Shown: piece after piece, positions 59,540-64,000 of the stretch
Numbering within the stretch: position 1 is the stretch's first letter
Layout: every line of letters starts with the position of its first letter
NCBI GenBank assembly: GCA_038134595.1
Contig: JAYPVM010000003.1
Coordinates: 191,729 to 255,728, forward strand
DNA from: Pseudomonadota bacterium
GTDB lineage: Bacteria > Bdellovibrionota_C > UBA2361 > OMII01
Length of the DNA: 64,000 bases
Reading direction: 5' to 3'
Made by a program: the position numbers and the translations under genes
Notes under the pieces: model-generated
The model's database searches: none
The model's input: the letters and a program-made list of their open reading frames with translations, nothing else
What the model was told of the DNA's origin: nothing

Positions 59540-62500
59540 ACCTCCACAAAGAGATAAACTTCGAGCTTGATATCTGCGAACACCTTTCAGCAAATGAGTG
59601 GCTCTATGCGGAAGGTGACGCTGCTAAATACGACCGAACCTTGGCTCTTTTTCCAGAGGATGCGCTCGCGTGGATTAGGGAGACGCAAGGCGCTCAGTGG
59701 GAAGCCGTAGTTAAAAACCATGGCGCACAGGCGGAGGCCACAGTGCTCTCTCGCCTGAGAGATTCCATCAATCAGCGTGGAACTCTTGAGGTCCTCCGCT
59801 CAGGCTTCGATGTGATGGGGCTCCGCAAGCGGCTCTCAATGGCTCAGTTCAAGCCAGCGCTCGCGATTAACCCGGAAATCATGAGCAAGTATGCTGCCAA
59901 TCGTTTGCGAGTAGTGCGGCAGGTTCGGTACTCGCTCCACAACGAAAATGCCATCGACGTAGTGCTGTTCTTGAATGGTATTCCGGTCGCGACAGTTGAG
60001 CTTAAAACCGATTTCACCCAGAGCATTGACGATGCCGTTGACCAGTATCGCTTCGATAGGCATCCGTCTCCGAAGGGGCAGAACCCCGAACCGCTATTAT
60101 CCTTCCCGAACGGAGCTCTTGTTCACTTCGCAGTAAGTAATAGCGAAGTGCGAATGACCACGAGGCTTGTTGGCGCTACAACTACCTTCCTGCCCTTCAA
60201 CCAAGGCAGCGAGGGAGGCGCCGGGAATCCGGTTAATCTGGACGGCCACCGCACAGCGTATCTCTGGGAGCAGGTGTGGGAGTGGCACGGTTGGCTTGAA
60301 ATCCTTGGTCGCTACGTCATAGCCAAGAAGGACAAGAAGCAACAGATTGAGAGCATCATCTTCCCGCGCTACCACCAGCTCGATGCGACTCGGAAGCTGC
60401 AAGCCGCCGTTCTTAGCGAGGGTCCAGGCAACAAATATTTGATTCAGCATTCAGCGGGTTCGGGCAAAACGAATTCTATCGCCTGGTCCGCACATTTCTT
60501 GGCAGATCTTCACGATGCTAAAGACAACAAGGTCTTCGATTCGGTTCTCGTTGTTTCCGACCGAAACGTCATCGACGGGCAGCTTCAGGACGCTGTCTAC
60601 GGTTTCGAGCGCACCGCAGGAGTGGTCGCAACGATTAAGGGCGAGGGCGGAAGTAAGAGCGCTGAACTCGCGGAGGCTCTTTCTGGCGACAAGAAGATAG
60701 TCGTCTGTACCATCCAGACATTCCCGTTTGCCCTGAAGGCAGTACAGGAGCTCGCAGCCACGCACGGTAAGCGATTTGCCGTTATCGCCGACGAGGCGCA
60801 TAGTTCTCAGACCGGAGAAGCTGCTGCAAAGCTAAAGAGCGTTCTCTCTGCCGAAGAGCGGCAAGAGCTTGAAGATGGGGGAGAGATTAGCACCGAAGAC
60901 CTCTTGGCGGCGCAGATGGCAAGCCGAGCTAGTGAAGGCGGCGTCACCTACGTGGCTTTTACCGCAACGCCAAAGCCCAAAACTATGGAGCTCTTTGGTC
61001 GTAGACCAGACCCTTCCCTTCCGTCGTCGGATACGAATCTTCCGGTACCGTTTCACGTGTACTCGATGAGGCAAGCTATCGAGGAGGGGTTTATTCTCGA
61101 TGTATTGCAGAATTACACGTCGTATAAGTTAGCCTTCAAGCTCGCGAGCAACGGCAAGGAATGGAACGAGAAGGAAGTTGAGCGTAGCGCCGCCATGAAA
61201 GGCATCATGGGGTGGGTGCGGCTCCATCCGTACAACATCTCCCAGAAGGTGCAGGTGGTTGTAGAGCACTTCCGAGAGCTCGTCGCCCCGCTGCTTAGCG
61301 GCAAGGCAAAGGCGATGGTTGTAGTTGGTAGTCGGCTTGAGGCTGTGCGATGGCAGATAGCTATTGATAAGTACATTAAAGATAAGGGCTATGGGATGCA
61401 GACCCTTGTGGCTTTCTCGGGCGAGGTTGTCGACAAAGAGAGTGGTCCAGAACCATTCACTGAGAAGAGTAAGTTTCTGAATCCATACCTCAAGGGAAGA
61501 GATATTCGAGATGCCTTCAAAGGCGATGAGTATCAGATACTCCTTGTTGCCAATAAGTTTCAGACCGGCTTCGATCAGCCGCTTTTAAGCGGCATGTACG
61601 TGGATAAACGCCTTGCGGGTATTCAAGCCGTTCAAACCCTATCGCGCTTAAATCGTGCACATCCGGGCAAGGATACCACCTACGTGCTCGATTTTGTGAA
61701 TGACGCGACTGACATCCTTGAAGCGTTTAAGACCTACTACACTACCGCCGAGCTATCCGGGGTGACTGACCCGAATCTGGTGCTCGACCTTCGGACAAAG
61801 CTCGATGCTACTGGTTACTACGACGAGTTTGAAGTTAACCGAGTCGTTGAAGTGGAGATGAATTTAAGCGCTCGCCAGAAGGATCTTGAGGCAGCAATCG
61901 CCCCTGTAGCTCAGAGGCTGCTAAATCGTTATACGGCTGCCAAGGCTCACTACAAGGCTGCTGAAGCCGCCGACGACCAGAAGGCTGCCCAAGCAGCAAA
62001 AGATGAGATGGAGTCCTTAATCCTCTTTAAGAAGGACATGGAGTCCTTTCAGCGGATGTATACCTTTCTCTCTCAGATATTCGATTACGGGAACACCGAC
62101 ATCGAGAAGCGATCAATCTTCTACAGGCGGCTACTGCCGCTCCTCAAGTTCGGTCGAGAAAGAGAGGGAGTTGATCTCTCGGGGGTTGTCCTCACACACC
62201 ACAACCTGAAAAACATCGGCAAGCAAACGATGAATCTCTATGACGGGGAGAATCCGAGGTTAGATCCGATAACAGATGTCGGTTCTGGGATGGTTCACGA
62301 GAAGGAGAGGGTATACCTCGAAGAGATTATCGCCAAGTTAAATGACCTCTTCCAGGGGGACCTTACGGACAAAGATAAGCTCGTATACGTTAACAACGTC
62401 ATCAAGGGCAAGCTGCTCGAATCCGAGACCCTCATTCAACAAGCCTCAAACAACACCAAGGAGCAGTTCGCTAATTCACCTGACCTTGATCAGGAGATAG

Positions 62501-62646
62501 TAAACGCAATTATTAGTGCTCTCGACGCCCACAATGAGATGAGCGCTCAGGCTCTCGGCTCCCGAGAGATTCAGAGAGGATTGCGCGATATTCTGCTAGG
62601 GCAGGCAGGCTTGTATGAGGCGTTGAGAGCGATACGAGGGACCTAA
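59536..62646 (+). CDS. hsdR: Type I R-M restriction subunit
   Basis: DVVLFLNGIPVATVELK nuclease motif, QHSAGSGKT, DEAHSSQ, FTATP, QTLSRLNR. Confidence 0.96.
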   Translation: MNLHKEINFELDICEHLSANEWLYAEGDAAKYDRTLALFPEDALAWIRETQGAQWEAVVKNHGAQAEATVLSRLRDSINQRGTLEVLRSGFDVMGLRKRLSMAQFKPALAINPEIMSKYAANRLRVVRQVRYSLHNENAIDVVLFLNGIPVATVELKTDFTQSIDDAVDQYRFDRHPSPKGQNPEPLLSFPNGALVHFAVSNSEVRMTTRLVGATTTFLPFNQGSEGGAGNPVNLDGHRTAYLWEQVWEWHGWLEILGRYVIAKKDKKQQIESIIFPRYHQLDATRKLQAAVLSEGPGNKYLIQHSAGSGKTNSIAWSAHFLADLHDAKDNKVFDSVLVVSDRNVIDGQLQDAVYGFERTAGVVATIKGEGGSKSAELAEALSGDKKIVVCTIQTFPFALKAVQELAATHGKRFAVIADEAHSSQTGEAAAKLKSVLSAEERQELEDGGEISTEDLLAAQMASRASEGGVTYVAFTATPKPKTMELFGRRPDPSLPSSDTNLPVPFHVYSMRQAIEEGFILDVLQNYTSYKLAFKLASNGKEWNEKEVERSAAMKGIMGWVRLHPYNISQKVQVVVEHFRELVAPLLSGKAKAMVVVGSRLEAVRWQIAIDKYIKDKGYGMQTLVAFSGEVVDKESGPEPFTEKSKFLNPYLKGRDIRDAFKGDEYQILLVANKFQTGFDQPLLSGMYVDKRLAGIQAVQTLSRLNRAHPGKDTTYVLDFVNDATDILEAFKTYYTTAELSGVTDPNLVLDLRTKLDATGYYDEFEVNRVVEVEMNLSARQKDLEAAIAPVAQRLLNRYTAAKAHYKAAEAADDQKAAQAAKDEMESLILFKKDMESFQRMYTFLSQIFDYGNTDIEKRSIFYRRLLPLLKFGREREGVDLSGVVLTHHNLKNIGKQTMNLYDGENPRLDPITDVGSGMVHEKERVYLEEIIAKLNDLFQGDLTDKDKLVYVNNVIKGKLLESETLIQQASNNTKEQFANSPDLDQEIVNAIISALDAHNEMSAQALGSREIQRGLRDILLGQAGLYEALRAIRGT

Positions 62647-62764
62647 TCGAAAAACCGCTGCCCGGGAAGGTTCGCGAGCGCGGCTTTTGCTTTCGCCCTT
62701 CGAGTGTTTTGATACCTAAAAATTCGGTCAGGAAAAGGCACTTCCTTCCCTGTTTTTTACCCCC

Positions 62765-63133
62765 ATGCCCAACTACTACACCAAACACGCCCCCCAACTA
62801 GCCCAACGCTACAACTCCCTCAACAGCGAATCAGTCCACGCCACATGGAAACCCTACTGGCCAAAACCAGGTGCATTAGTGCTCGACCTAGGTGCAGGCT
62901 CCGGCAGAGACGCTTCGTGGCTTCACTCTCTTGGGGCTAAGGTGTATGCAGTAGAGCCTAGTGACGGTATGAGAGAGCAGGGTAGAGCCTATACAGAGGG
63001 GCTAGATGTCCAATGGCTCGCTGATTCGCTTCCCGATCTCTCTGAGGTCTATAAGCTAAACATTCGCTTTGACCTAATTATCCAGACCCATCAAACGAAT
63101 GCAATCGCTTTCGCTGCGGTGAACGTAGGCTGA
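62765..63133 (+). pseudogene. Truncated class I SAM-dependent methyltransferase
   Basis: VLDLGAGSGRDA, AVEPS, WLADSLP, FDLI; then an unrelated 16-aa tail and stop; the second half of the fold is missing. Confidence 0.7.
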
Positions 63134-63299
63134 GGTTTTAGAGTGATGCACCGAGAGTAGGCAAGATACTGCGAAAAAAGCGCAATTTTTCGGGAATGAT
63201 ATTTCAAATCGAGCCTCAGAAGGTTTGTAATCTGACCTGACAGCGGCAGTGTTTGACTAAGATCTTAGGACCTGAGACCCTAAAATCCCAACGGAAAGC

Positions 63300-64000
63300 A
63301 TGGTTACGGAAATGAGAATCGACACAAAAAATCCATCAAGCGAACAGGGATCTGACTTACAATTCGACAGCTTGCTCTTGGTCTCTCCCCAGCATCCTGG
63401 TAGGGCGCTCCGAAAGGCGTTGACCGAGAATGCCACAGAGAATGGGCTCTCCTATAAATCTTGTCAGGCGCTTCAAGAGCTTATTAGGCAAAAGTTCTCA
63501 CTCAATGGAACTCGAGGTGTATGGGACAACCGCACTACCGCAAAGAATTTCTGTTATGTCGCCCTAGATTCTATTCCTGGGTTCAGAAGCCCCCGTGTTG
63601 CCTACGTACGACTGCTTCAGACAGCTAGCCGCAGGGAATTAACCGACCAGGAACTTAAAAAGCTTGATGGACACCGAACAACGTTGGCTAGCCTTATCTA
63701 CGAAAATATCCTTCATAACGAGAAAGGTGCCGGAACAGAGTTTATAAAAAGGAACGGTCTCATCACCCTTGTAGTCAATCCCAGATCATTCCTCAGTCGT
63801 ACTGAAAGTCTGGGTGCGGTGATACGGTTTGCATTACCTGGTTTGATCGATGAGGAGCGCCAGGGTTGTATAAGACCCCATCACATCGAACACTATCATT
63901 TAAACGACCCTGAGTACTGCAAGCGGCTCTTTATCCGTACTCTGCGCGCCGAAGTCGGCGAATCACTCGACACCTATCTGGGGTGCGCTCCGGGTGATAC
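63300..64000 (+). CDS. Hypothetical protein (partial, runs off the window)
   Basis: ATG 63300 opens a stop-free frame of about 233 codons to the window end (MVTEMRIDTKNPSSEQ...). Confidence 0.7.
   Translation, partial: MVTEMRIDTKNPSSEQGSDLQFDSLLLVSPQHPGRALRKALTENATENGLSYKSCQALQELIRQKFSLNGTRGVWDNRTTAKNFCYVALDSIPGFRSPRVAYVRLLQTASRRELTDQELKKLDGHRTTLASLIYENILHNEKGAGTEFIKRNGLITLVVNPRSFLSRTESLGAVIRFALPGLIDEERQGCIRPHHIEHYHLNDPEYCKRLFIRTLRAEVGESLDTYLGCAPGD

Overview
Bacterial chromosomal window from a diderm; the protein styles suggest an uncultured deltaproteobacteria-like/Bdellovibrionota-related lineage (inference). About 0-38 kb is mostly core genome: envelope biogenesis (Omp85 paralogue, lolC/E-lolD-bamA, lptF-lptG), patatin, cmk, rpsU, RNA methyltransferase, TatD, SufE, cystathionine beta-synthase, prfC, slyD, a zinc peptidase + ATP-grasp pair, a CHASE2 adenylate cyclase divergent from a FecR-TPR-beta-barrel receptor, radC, an SF1 helicase and a DEAD-box helicase. 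About 38-47.6 kb holds secreted or lineage-specific genes (M4 peptidase, RCC1-repeat protein), a WYL regulator and a candidate ~300-nt structured element. About 47.6-64 kb is a conflict/defence island with gene scars, a trypsin lipoprotein, a NucS-like nuclease and a complete Type I R-M system. The most notable feature is a 1168-aa polymorphic-toxin-like protein (coiled coil, Gly/Ala hydrophobic segments, HEXXH peptidase, R-S-E ADP-ribosyltransferase) translationally coupled to a NADAR gene, a candidate nucleic-acid ADP-ribosylating toxin with an enzymatic eraser as immunity. No rRNA, tRNA, CRISPR array, integrase or transposase was seen. All calls are from motif recognition by eye; no searches were run.
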